From positions 1 to 56,568 of the forward strand of contig CAXTNL010000003.1 in NCBI GenBank assembly GCA_964245655.1: a stretch of DNA of 56,568 bases. Reading direction: 5' to 3'. The notes under the pieces were generated by a model. The model worked only from the letters and a program-made list of their open reading frames with translations. It was not told where the DNA came from and made no database searches. This document shows, piece by piece, positions 34,885 through 43,971 of this stretch (positions are counted from its first letter, which is position 1; every line of letters starts with the position of its first letter). The position numbers were made by a program, and so were the translations under genes. The stretch comes from an uncultured Terriglobus sp. (GTDB lineage Bacteria > Acidobacteriota > Terriglobia > Terriglobales > Acidobacteriaceae).

Positions 34885-37791
34885 ATGCGAACCAGTTTTG
34901 CCTCTGCGCTGCCCCTGGCAGTGACTGCAGCCTGCCTGTGTGCTCCCGTTGCGTACTCTCAAAGCCAAGCCATCGACGGCAATATCGAGGGGTATGTGCG
35001 CGCCCTGGATGGCACCGCGATGGCTGGTGCTGCTGTTCATGTGGTTGCCACGCAGACCGGTTTGACACGTGACACGCAGACGGACGATGCGGGCTACTTT
35101 CGCGTGCAGATTTTGCCACCCGGCACCTATAGTGTGTCCATCACCAAGGATGGGTTCAGCCCGCAAGAACAGACCGGCATTGCGCTGGCTGCAGGACAGG
35201 TGCAGACGCTGCGGGTAGCGCTGGCGGTGGGCTCCGTGGCCACCACGGTCGAGGTCACAGCTGACCTCCCGGTGATTGAAACCGGCCGTACCAACGCCTA
35301 CAACAACGTGTACACCAGCCGCGAAGTGCAGAACATCCCGGTACCGGGCCGCAGCTTTCTCGACCTGTTTGCGGTCAATCCCATCGTGAACGCACCGCCA
35401 CTTTCCACCAGTGGTTCCGGCACTGGGACGCCCTCCGTCTCGTTTGGCGGCCTCGGTTTTCGCGCCCTCAACGTGGACGGTGTCAGCAACAACGTGCAGG
35501 ACGGCGCGCGTAACCTGGTCATCAGCGAAGACGCGCTGAACGAAGTGCAGGTGGTCACCAACTACTCCGCAGAGTTTGGCCGCGCAGCAGCCCTGCAGTT
35601 GAACGCCATCTCAAAGTCTGGATCCAACGACCTGCACTACGGCGGCTTCCTGTTTGCACGCAACAAGGCACTGTCTGAGCGGCCGTTTCTGCTAACGGAT
35701 ACCACACCCACGCCGCCCTTCTCGCGCTACAACTATGGCGGCACCGCTAGCGGCCCCCTCAAGAAGAACAAGGCCTTTATCTTCGGCAGCTACGAGCGCT
35801 GGCAACAGGACGCGCCGCAGGTGTCCACCTTTGGCGGTGCGCAGCAGGCGTCGGCAGCGGCGGCGCTGGGTATTTCACCGGATGACATTGCCTCGTTCAA
35901 CGGCAGCTTTCGTGCACACACCGTGACGGTTAAGGGCGACGTGCAGCTGAACCAAGCCAATCGGCTGATGCTGCGCTACAACTACTACCGGGACCGCGAA
36001 AGCCCGCTGGGCAGTGGCCAGATCACGCGCGAAGTAGCCGCCCGCTTCGATGAGAATCCGCAGTCTGGCACAGCACAGCTGGTCACCACCATTGGACCGA
36101 ACAAGCTGAACGAGTTTCGCTTTCTCAGCATCAAGCGCGATATCAGCAACGGCGTCATCAGCCCGTTCACGCCGCAGATCAACATCATGGGCATCGGCAG
36201 CTATAACGGCCTCGCGGACGGGACCTTTGTGTCGTATGAGTCTGGTCTTCAGTTCGTTGACAACTTCACCTGGAACATCGGCAACCACGCGATCAAGGCA
36301 GGCGTGGACCTCCTGCCGAACTCGTTTAAGGAGCGCACGCGCAACCTGAACGGCACCTTTACCTTTACTGGCTTGAACGCGAACGCCCTGCGCGGTGCGA
36401 TTACGCCGTTGCAACAGGCAGTCAACGCGCAAAACAACGTCATTGATCCCTCAACGGGCCGCCCCTACACCTATACGCAGTACACCCGCGCCATCGGGCA
36501 GGAGTTCACCACCTCGCGCGTCGTGAGCCAGGGTTACTTCGTGCAGGACGACTGGCGCGTCAACAGCAAGCTGAAGCTGACCTATGGCCTACGCTACGAA
36601 GTGTTCCTGCGCCCGCAGGGCCTGCTGAACCCGAATTATCCAGCCACCGGCACTATTCCGCAGGACTACAACAACTTGGCACCGCGCCTGGGCGTGGCCT
36701 ATGACCCGAAGGGCGACGGCAAGACCGTCATTCGCGGTGGCTACGGCATTTACTACAACACCAGCGTCGCGCAGAACTTCAACACCTTTGTGCGCGGCAA
36801 TGGCGTGGCCGTCCGCAACCTGACGGTGACACCCACGCAGACCGGCGCGCCGGCCTTTACGACAGGCGCTGTGCCAACCACGGGCAATACCGCACTGCTG
36901 CCGTCTGACCTGTACGTGTTTGCCCCCAGCTTTCAGGACCCCATGGTGCACCAGTACTTTGCCACGGTGGAGCGCCAGTTGGTAACGGACGGCGCGCTGG
37001 CGGTGTCATACTTCGGCAACCACGCGGTGGACCTGCCGTACGCCGTTCCGTCGAACCTGGCGGTAATCGGCACCGCACCCAACGGCGGCCCACAGTACGG
37101 CGGCACGACCAACCGGCCCAACCCGGCGTTCGGCAGCATCTACACGGCAGGCTCTGCGGGCTACCAGCACTACAACGGCTTTTTGCTGGTGTACACGCAG
37201 CGCGCACGCCACGGCCTCAGCTTCCAGGCGTCGTATAACTCGCAACATGTGTATGGCCAGTCGTACGTTCTCAACTACCCCACGCTGGGTGCGCTGACGA
37301 CGCCCAGCAACCCGGCGAACCCCGCAGCAGACCAGGGCCCCGGCGACTATAGCCAGCCTAACCGCTTCACCTTTACGGGCGTCTACAACACAGCGTTTCC
37401 CGTGACCAACACAGCTGTTGCACGCCTGGTCAATGGGTGGACGCTGTCTGCCCGGCAGGTGGCGCAGAGCGGTCTGCCCTTTTCGCCGGTCACCGGACAG
37501 GACAACAACGGTGACCTGATCTTCAACGACCGGCCGGTGGGCGTCGGCTACAACTCGTACCGGCTGCCCGCATACGTTGAGGCAGACTTCCGCGCGTCGC
37601 GCGATCTGCACGTACACGAACGCAATACCATCCAGGTCGCGGCAGAAGTGTTCAACCTGCCAAATCGCCTCAACGTCACCAATGTGAACCGCACCTTTGG
37701 GCCAAATGCGACACCCAACGCGACCTTTAACGCGCCTACTGCTGCCGAAACAGCCCGGCAGATTCAGTTGAGCATCCGCTTCACACGGTAA
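34885..37791 (+). CDS. Oar-like TonB-dependent receptor
   Basis: Signal peptide, IPVPGRSFLDL, YSAEFGR, NYGGTASGPL, QDDWRVNSKLKLTYGLRYE, RQIQLSIRF. Confidence 0.9.
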   Translation: MRTSFASALPLAVTAACLCAPVAYSQSQAIDGNIEGYVRALDGTAMAGAAVHVVATQTGLTRDTQTDDAGYFRVQILPPGTYSVSITKDGFSPQEQTGIALAAGQVQTLRVALAVGSVATTVEVTADLPVIETGRTNAYNNVYTSREVQNIPVPGRSFLDLFAVNPIVNAPPLSTSGSGTGTPSVSFGGLGFRALNVDGVSNNVQDGARNLVISEDALNEVQVVTNYSAEFGRAAALQLNAISKSGSNDLHYGGFLFARNKALSERPFLLTDTTPTPPFSRYNYGGTASGPLKKNKAFIFGSYERWQQDAPQVSTFGGAQQASAAAALGISPDDIASFNGSFRAHTVTVKGDVQLNQANRLMLRYNYYRDRESPLGSGQITREVAARFDENPQSGTAQLVTTIGPNKLNEFRFLSIKRDISNGVISPFTPQINIMGIGSYNGLADGTFVSYESGLQFVDNFTWNIGNHAIKAGVDLLPNSFKERTRNLNGTFTFTGLNANALRGAITPLQQAVNAQNNVIDPSTGRPYTYTQYTRAIGQEFTTSRVVSQGYFVQDDWRVNSKLKLTYGLRYEVFLRPQGLLNPNYPATGTIPQDYNNLAPRLGVAYDPKGDGKTVIRGGYGIYYNTSVAQNFNTFVRGNGVAVRNLTVTPTQTGAPAFTTGAVPTTGNTALLPSDLYVFAPSFQDPMVHQYFATVERQLVTDGALAVSYFGNHAVDLPYAVPSNLAVIGTAPNGGPQYGGTTNRPNPAFGSIYTAGSAGYQHYNGFLLVYTQRARHGLSFQASYNSQHVYGQSYVLNYPTLGALTTPSNPANPAADQGPGDYSQPNRFTFTGVYNTAFPVTNTAVARLVNGWTLSARQVAQSGLPFSPVTGQDNNGDLIFNDRPVGVGYNSYRLPAYVEADFRASRDLHVHERNTIQVAAEVFNLPNRLNVTNVNRTFGPNATPNATFNAPTAAETARQIQLSIRFTR

Positions 37792-37836
37792 GTCGCGCAA
37801 TGCAGACGCGCTCGTAACAGCAACAAGAGGGACACC

Positions 37837-39390
37837 ATGCTTCGCCGACCGCTTGAGATCAATCGTCGTGCTTTTCTTTCCACTGCCAGTGCCGCCCTGC
37901 TGCTGCAGGCGGCACGCGGCTTTGCCCTGCCTGTGCCCGCGGGGCAGGCGTTACGCAGCAACCCGTTCCTGCTGGGCGTTGCCTCCGGTGATCCGGAGCC
38001 GGACGGCTTTGTGCTGTGGACACGCCTTTCCACGGATACAAAGCGTGGTGACGGCGGCCTGCCACCCGTGGCGATGCCGGTGCGGTGGGAGGTCGCTACC
38101 GACGCCGGCTTCCACCACATCGTGCAGAAGGGCACCGCCTCCGCCACGCCAGAGATGGGCCATGCCGTTCACGTGGAGGTGACCGGCCTGCCCGCGCACC
38201 GCGACTTCTTCTACCGCTTCCACACGGCGGACGCAACAAGCCCAGTGGGCCGCTCGCGCACAGCACCCGCAGCCAACGCAACGGTGGACCGGCTGCGCTT
38301 CGCCTTTGCCTCGTGCCAGAACTACGAGCATGGCTACTACCACGCGCACCGCGACCTGGCCGGGCAGGATGTGGATGCCGTGCTGTTCCTGGGCGACTAC
38401 ATCTACGAGTACCGTTCGAAAGACCGCCCGCGCGTGCACACCCTGCCCAAGCTGGAGACGGTGGACGACTACCGCACCTGCTACGCGCAGTACCACAGCG
38501 ACCCGGACCTGCAGGCAGCACACGCGGCGCATCCGTGGATCGTCACCTTCGACGACCATGAAGTGGAGAACAACTGGGCTGGCGACATTGACCAGGAGAA
38601 CGACCCGCCCGCGGCGTTTCTCAAGCGCCGTGCCGCGGCCTTTCAGGCGTACTACGAAAACATGCCGCTGCGCCGCACTTCGCTGCCTACCGGCCCGGAC
38701 ATGACGGTTTACCGCACACTGTCCTACGGTAAGCTAGCCCAGTTCACCGTGGTGGACACGCGCCAGTTCCGCACCGACCAGCCCTGCGGCGATAACTTCA
38801 AAGCACCCTGCGCAGAGCGGGCAAACCCTGCCGCCACCATGATGGGCCCCTCACAGGAAACGTGGTTTCAGAAGGCGCTTTCCAGCAGCCCAGCGCAGTG
38901 GAACGTTGTGGCCAACCAGGTCATGATTCAGCAACTCAAGGAACGCCGCGACGGCGAACTGGTCTACAACATGGACCAGTGGGACGGCTACCCTGCGGCA
39001 CGTCAGCGGCTCATGAAGTACCTCGCTGAGGCCAAGCCTTCCAATCCCGTGGTGGTCACCGGCGACACGCACCAGACGTGGGTCGGCGACCTGAAAGCTG
39101 ACTTTAACAATCCCGATTCCGCAGTGGTCGGCACGGAACTGGTCGGCACTTCCATCACCTCTGGCGGCGATGGTGTCGCAAGGACGCGTTTTTCCGACGA
39201 GGAACTGCGGGACAACCCACACATCGTCTACAACAACGATCTGCGCGGCTACTTTCTTTGCGAGCTGGATGCGAAAGAGATGCGCAGTGAGCTGCGCACC
39301 GTGGACAAGGTCACCAGCATGGATGGCACAGTCACAACCGCTGCGCGCTTCCGGACCGAGGCGGGGAAGCCCGGCATCAACGTCGCGTAA
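37837..39390 (+). CDS. phoD: Alkaline phosphatase D, Tat-exported
   Basis: Twin-arginine NRRAFL, PFLLGVASGDP, FASCQNY, LGDYIYE, FDDHEVENNW, DTRQFR, DQWDGY, TGDTH. Confidence 0.95.
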   Translation: MLRRPLEINRRAFLSTASAALLLQAARGFALPVPAGQALRSNPFLLGVASGDPEPDGFVLWTRLSTDTKRGDGGLPPVAMPVRWEVATDAGFHHIVQKGTASATPEMGHAVHVEVTGLPAHRDFFYRFHTADATSPVGRSRTAPAANATVDRLRFAFASCQNYEHGYYHAHRDLAGQDVDAVLFLGDYIYEYRSKDRPRVHTLPKLETVDDYRTCYAQYHSDPDLQAAHAAHPWIVTFDDHEVENNWAGDIDQENDPPAAFLKRRAAAFQAYYENMPLRRTSLPTGPDMTVYRTLSYGKLAQFTVVDTRQFRTDQPCGDNFKAPCAERANPAATMMGPSQETWFQKALSSSPAQWNVVANQVMIQQLKERRDGELVYNMDQWDGYPAARQRLMKYLAEAKPSNPVVVTGDTHQTWVGDLKADFNNPDSAVVGTELVGTSITSGGDGVARTRFSDEELRDNPHIVYNNDLRGYFLCELDAKEMRSELRTVDKVTSMDGTVTTAARFRTEAGKPGINVA

Positions 39391-39472
39391 GTGCTGCGTG
39401 GTGCAGACACCACCATGCCCGGACTGTGCACAGCAGTGGCAAGGTGGTGGGCGTCGATTCAGGCGGTGACCA

Positions 39473-39528
39473 AATTCATCCAATCGACACACGGCGTTAA
39501 TGTAAGCAGTGCACCCGTTGGCCATGAT
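39473..39528 (+). promoter_or_regulatory. Pho-box-like repeats upstream of the phytase
   Basis: AATTCAT-ccaa-TCGACAC-acgg-CGTTAAT-gtaa is 20/33 identical to 34834-34866. A possible -10 CATGAT at 39523-39528 is in the same helical phase. Confidence 0.45.
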
Positions 39529-39569
39529 GGTGCCTGTACCCACATTTCAGCCTCTGGGATCCCTTCACG

Positions 39570-41102
39570 ATGCGCGTCATCGCTTTCTCGCTTCTCGTTT
39601 GCTCCACCGTTTCTGCGACCGGTGTGGCACAGACTGGTCTTTACCTGGGCAGCAAGGCACCTTACACGCCCGCGCAGGATAGCTCGACCTACGAGGCTGC
39701 TCCAGCTGGTTTCACCCCGGTGTACACAGAACTGGTTGCGAGGCACGGCTCCCGCGGCCTGTCCAGTCCAGGCAGCGACCTGGCCATGTACAACCTGTGG
39801 CTGGATGCGCAGGCGAAGGGTAGCCTGACCAAAACCGGCGCACGCCTTGGCCCGGACCTCCTGCGCATCATCCAGGCCAATGCCCTGCTGGGCTACGGCG
39901 TTGCTGGCATCAGCGCTCCGGGCTACGGCAACCTCACGCTGCTCGGCATCCAGGAGCATACGCAGCTGGCCCAGCGCATGGTCGCCCGCACAGGCACACT
40001 GCTGACCTCGGTTCCCAGCGGCAGCCGCCAAATCCTGGTGTCTACCTCTGGCGTAAACCGCGCCATCGACAGCAGCACCTTCTTCACGCAATCCCTCGGC
40101 AACACAGTACCGGGTATCGCGTCGCACATCGCCCTGACACCTGCGCTGACGGCATACCCCATCAGCAAGCCAGCAGCCCAGCCCGCTGGCGTCAACCGCT
40201 TTCAGCTCTACTTCCACAAGCTCAACGCCAAGACCGACCTGCCCGCCAGCACGGACCCGTACTATCCCACCTATCAAAGCAGCCTGCAGTATCAAAGTTT
40301 CCTGGCGTCTGACAGCATCCAGATCGGCAAGATCAACGGCATCACCTACAGCTCGTCCGCTTATGCCGCCGCACACGCCGTGCTGTACACGCTGTTCACC
40401 AAACCCTTTGTCGATGCGCTGGATGCCGGCACCACCAGCTACCTGAACACGGGCAGCTACACCTTCACGTCCAGCGACGGCAAGTTCACCACCACCATCA
40501 ATGGCGACGGGACCACCACCCTCAAGAATTCAGTGGATGCAGCGAACGCCCTCTACGCCGTGTACCAGATCACGCCCGCCATGGTGAACGAGGTGCCGAT
40601 CAACATGGGCAAGTACTTCCCGGCAGGCACGCTGCCCACGTTCAATTACATCTCCGACGCCGCTGACTTCTACCAGAAGGGCCCGTCGTACACAGAGAGC
40701 GCGGGCGTCACCTACCAGATGAGCCAATCCCTGCTCGATGATTTCTTCAGTGAGGGTGACGCCATTGCCGCTGGTAATCTCCAGCACGCGGCCAAGCTGC
40801 GCTTTACCCACGCAGAGATCATGATCCCGTTCCAGGAAAAGCTGGGCATCCCGAGCGCCTCGCAATCCGTGCCCATGGCGCAGACCTATACCTTCGACAA
40901 CAATCCGTGGCGTGGCGAGATCAACGGGGAGTTGGCAGCCAACATTCAGTGGGACTTCTACACAGACGGCGCTACGATCCTGGTCAAGATGCTGTTTAAC
41001 GAGAAGGAAACCGACTTTCCCACGGCGTGCGAAGCTGCGCGCAACTCCGCTGGCAGCCACTTCTATCGCTACGTCGGCATCAAGACCTGCTACAGCCACT
41101 AA
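39570..41102 (+). CDS. Secreted histidine acid phosphatase, MINPP-type phytase
   Basis: Signal peptide, catalytic RHGSRGL, GNLTLLG, RFTHAE proton-donor motif typical of MINPPs, AANIQW. Confidence 0.85.
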   Translation: MRVIAFSLLVCSTVSATGVAQTGLYLGSKAPYTPAQDSSTYEAAPAGFTPVYTELVARHGSRGLSSPGSDLAMYNLWLDAQAKGSLTKTGARLGPDLLRIIQANALLGYGVAGISAPGYGNLTLLGIQEHTQLAQRMVARTGTLLTSVPSGSRQILVSTSGVNRAIDSSTFFTQSLGNTVPGIASHIALTPALTAYPISKPAAQPAGVNRFQLYFHKLNAKTDLPASTDPYYPTYQSSLQYQSFLASDSIQIGKINGITYSSSAYAAAHAVLYTLFTKPFVDALDAGTTSYLNTGSYTFTSSDGKFTTTINGDGTTTLKNSVDAANALYAVYQITPAMVNEVPINMGKYFPAGTLPTFNYISDAADFYQKGPSYTESAGVTYQMSQSLLDDFFSEGDAIAAGNLQHAAKLRFTHAEIMIPFQEKLGIPSASQSVPMAQTYTFDNNPWRGEINGELAANIQWDFYTDGATILVKMLFNEKETDFPTACEAARNSAGSHFYRYVGIKTCYSH

Positions 41103-41133
41103 CGCGCACTCTGCATTCTTGAAGGGACACATC

Positions 41134-41745
41134 ATGACATCACGCCACCTACTCACGCTGGTCTCTGGGCTGGCACTCTGCGGGACGGCTGCAGCCGCGC
41201 CCTTCAACCTTGTCACTAACGGCAGCTTTGAACAGGGCGCCCTCGGCATCGGCAGTTTTCAGGGTTGGCAGACCACGCTGGGCGATAGCAGCACCTTTGT
41301 CGACAGCAGCGGCCAAACCGGTACAAACTACGGCCAGGCCACTGACGGCAAATGGGCCGCATACTTCGGCTCTACTGCGGCGGACGGTGGCGCATCCATT
41401 GCGCAAACCCTTTCGACCACGGCGGGCCAGCTGTACACGTTGGCATTCGATCTGGCCAATGACAATGGCGGCTTTGCAGTTAGCAACGCCTTCACTGCAT
41501 ACCTTGGCGGCACGCCCGTCTACTCCGTGACAAACCTGGGCAATCAGAATTTTGTGCACCAACAGATTGCGTTTCAGGCGACCTCAGCGACCACCACTCT
41601 GCGCTTTGCCGCCTTTAACGACCAGAGCTATGCGGAACTGGACAACGTCAGTGTGGTGGTGTCGACACCCGAGCCCTCGACGTTTGTGTTGCTTGGCACG
41701 GGCCTGCTAGGCGTTGTGGGCACAATCCGACGCAGCGTTCGCTAG
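41134..41745 (+). CDS. PEP-CTERM sorted surface protein with a beta-sandwich (carbohydrate-binding-like) domain
   Basis: Signal peptide, NLVTNGSFE, LDNVSV, C-terminal TPEPSTFVLLGTGLLGVVGTIRRSVR. Confidence 0.88.
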   Translation: MTSRHLLTLVSGLALCGTAAAAPFNLVTNGSFEQGALGIGSFQGWQTTLGDSSTFVDSSGQTGTNYGQATDGKWAAYFGSTAADGGASIAQTLSTTAGQLYTLAFDLANDNGGFAVSNAFTAYLGGTPVYSVTNLGNQNFVHQQIAFQATSATTTLRFAAFNDQSYAELDNVSVVVSTPEPSTFVLLGTGLLGVVGTIRRSVR

Positions 41746-41784
41746 CGTTCGCAATACGCTATTGATCGGCTGCATCGGACTGTG

Positions 41785-43962
41785 TTAGTCATGATCCGCC
41801 TGAAGACCGATCGCCTTTTGCATGGGTGCGATCTCCGGCGCGGACATGAAGTTCTTCCAGATAAGGCCAGAGCGACCGTTCTCGATCATGACCACCTGTG
41901 GTGCCTGATTTAGCCCCATGTTGGTGCTCGAATACCAGTTGTCCTGCTCATTGAACGCATCGCGAAAGCCGTAGATGCTCCACAGGTGCTGGCCCAGATC
42001 GCGATACCAGTGGCGGATGGCTAACAGCGAGGCCTCCGGCGTGTAGCAATAACTGCTGACCGCGCCGGTAGGTGCGATGGTGCCATCGTCTTCGTTGAAG
42101 GGCTTGTACTCATGGTAGCGGTCGTCCGGTCCGTCCACCGCGGTCAGCCCCCAGCTGTTGGCAGCGTAGCCTTTAAAGTGCCCAGGGTTGTTCACGGAGT
42201 ACGCCTGGCTCATGAGGGCTTCATTGCGGTTGTTGCGGAAGTAATTGGTGAAGCGGTCGCGCACGCCGCGCGGATCGTAGCCCATATAGCTGTATTGTGT
42301 AAAGAAGAGCGGCCCTGGCGTACCCGGCAGATAGCCCTGTTCCAGCGGAATGCCGAAGTATGTCTCTTTGATGCCGTACTGCCCGTGCGAACCCGGCCCC
42401 TGGCGCGTGTAGCCCGTGCTGTACAGCGACGCCGGCACCGGGTGCGTGGGTGAGGCAATGGCGAGCAGGTACGTAATCATGACCTCGTTCCAGCCCTCCA
42501 GCCGGTTGGCAATGTGAAAGGCGTAGTGCGGCGACCAGTGCCAGTACAGCGCGTCGTGCTGTGGCGTGGCACGGAACCAGTCCCACTCCACACCACGCCA
42601 CTGCCGGTTAATGAGGTCGCGCAGTTCTCGTTCCTGCGGGGTGTCTGCACGAAAGTACTGCCGGGCGGTCAGCAGGCCCTGCAACATGAACGAGGTTTCC
42701 ACCAGGTCAGCACCGTCGTCGTAGATGCCGAACAGTGAGACCGTCTTGCCGGTGCGGCCATCTAGAAAGTGCGGCCATGCACCGTGATACTTGTCTGCTG
42801 CATCCAGGAAGCGGACGATGCGCAGCATGCGCTCTACGCCCTGCTCTCGCGTGATGAAGCCGCGGTCCACGGCAACCACTAATGCCATGACTCCGAAGCC
42901 GCTGGCACCCATGGCCACCATGTGGTCCGGTCCCGGTTGTGATTCCAATGCCATGCCGCTGTTGGGCTCCGCGCCATCCCAGTAGTAGCGAAAGCTGGCA
43001 CGCTGCACCATGGTCAGCAACTCCTCGTCCGTCATGCTGTGGGTGCGAGCGGTAGCAGCGGTGCTGCGTTGCGACTCGTGCATCTCTCCGTCGCGCGCGG
43101 CCACCTGGTAGCTGGCCTCCTGGTCTGGCGCGCCCAGCCAGTCCGTAAAGCGGTGTACGCCGTAGCGCTGCACGCCCACCTGACGAAAGGACTCGCCATG
43201 CTGGGAGCGGTAGATGACGTATTCCGCGGTGGAGGCATCTTCCGCGGCTTGCCACTCAAGATCGACGTGGCGCTCGAAACCTGTGGCAGTGAGCGCCGCC
43301 GGTGCGGAAAGCGCGTGTTGTGCCGTACTGTCGGTATCGACTCGCACCTCGTCCAGTAGCAGCGTGTGCGCGTGGGCATCTGCCGCGCTTTGACTGAAGA
43401 TCACCTGATCCAGACGCAACGATTGGAAGGGCCGCAGCGAGGCCGACGGAAGCGCACGCAGGTCCACGGCAATGCGTACCCAGGTTTGTGCGGGAATGTC
43501 GCGTGTAAAGCGCTGGAGCGGCGTCGCTGTCGTGTGTCCACCTTGATCGTCGGCCAACGCGATGGAGGGCATATCTGCAGCGCGGATGGTCTCTGGCGTC
43601 CAGACCCAGAACGCAAGCGTGTCACCCTGCCAGGCAGGGTCTGCGTTGCGCCAGTGGACCGCCTGCACGGTAGCGTCCCACCCGCCATTCGCATTCGAAG
43701 CCCAGGAAAGTTCCAGCGCATTTGGCCCACTCTTAAAGTGTGCAGACTGCAACGGAATGCGGTCGTGCAGCAGCTTGAGCGTGCTGGGCGCGGAGATGTT
43801 GCCGCGGCTGTACGGGTAGTAGTCCGAGGAGGGGCTGCCCGCAAAGAACGTGTGGTTCGCAAAGCGGTCGAAGGCCTGCGCTTGTGCCCGCAGCCCGCCG
43901 ATGTGCAGGCAGGCTGCGCAGGCTACGAGCACGGCAATCAGGTGGGTACGGCTGGTGCTCAT
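41785..43962 (-). CDS. Glucoamylase-like (GH144-like, putative beta-1,2-glucanase) with N-terminal accessory and Fn3-like domains
   Basis: VQRASFRYYWD, GASGFGVMA, YHGAWPHFLDG, DLVETSF, LYWHWSP, GWNE, GPLFFTQYS, DGTIAPT, YGFRDAFN, MIENGRSGLIW. Confidence 0.8.
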   Translation of the reverse strand: MSTSRTHLIAVLVACAACLHIGGLRAQAQAFDRFANHTFFAGSPSSDYYPYSRGNISAPSTLKLLHDRIPLQSAHFKSGPNALELSWASNANGGWDATVQAVHWRNADPAWQGDTLAFWVWTPETIRAADMPSIALADDQGGHTTATPLQRFTRDIPAQTWVRIAVDLRALPSASLRPFQSLRLDQVIFSQSAADAHAHTLLLDEVRVDTDSTAQHALSAPAALTATGFERHVDLEWQAAEDASTAEYVIYRSQHGESFRQVGVQRYGVHRFTDWLGAPDQEASYQVAARDGEMHESQRSTAATARTHSMTDEELLTMVQRASFRYYWDGAEPNSGMALESQPGPDHMVAMGASGFGVMALVVAVDRGFITREQGVERMLRIVRFLDAADKYHGAWPHFLDGRTGKTVSLFGIYDDGADLVETSFMLQGLLTARQYFRADTPQERELRDLINRQWRGVEWDWFRATPQHDALYWHWSPHYAFHIANRLEGWNEVMITYLLAIASPTHPVPASLYSTGYTRQGPGSHGQYGIKETYFGIPLEQGYLPGTPGPLFFTQYSYMGYDPRGVRDRFTNYFRNNRNEALMSQAYSVNNPGHFKGYAANSWGLTAVDGPDDRYHEYKPFNEDDGTIAPTGAVSSYCYTPEASLLAIRHWYRDLGQHLWSIYGFRDAFNEQDNWYSSTNMGLNQAPQVVMIENGRSGLIWKNFMSAPEIAPMQKAIGLQADHD

Positions 43963-43971
43963 AATAGTTCT

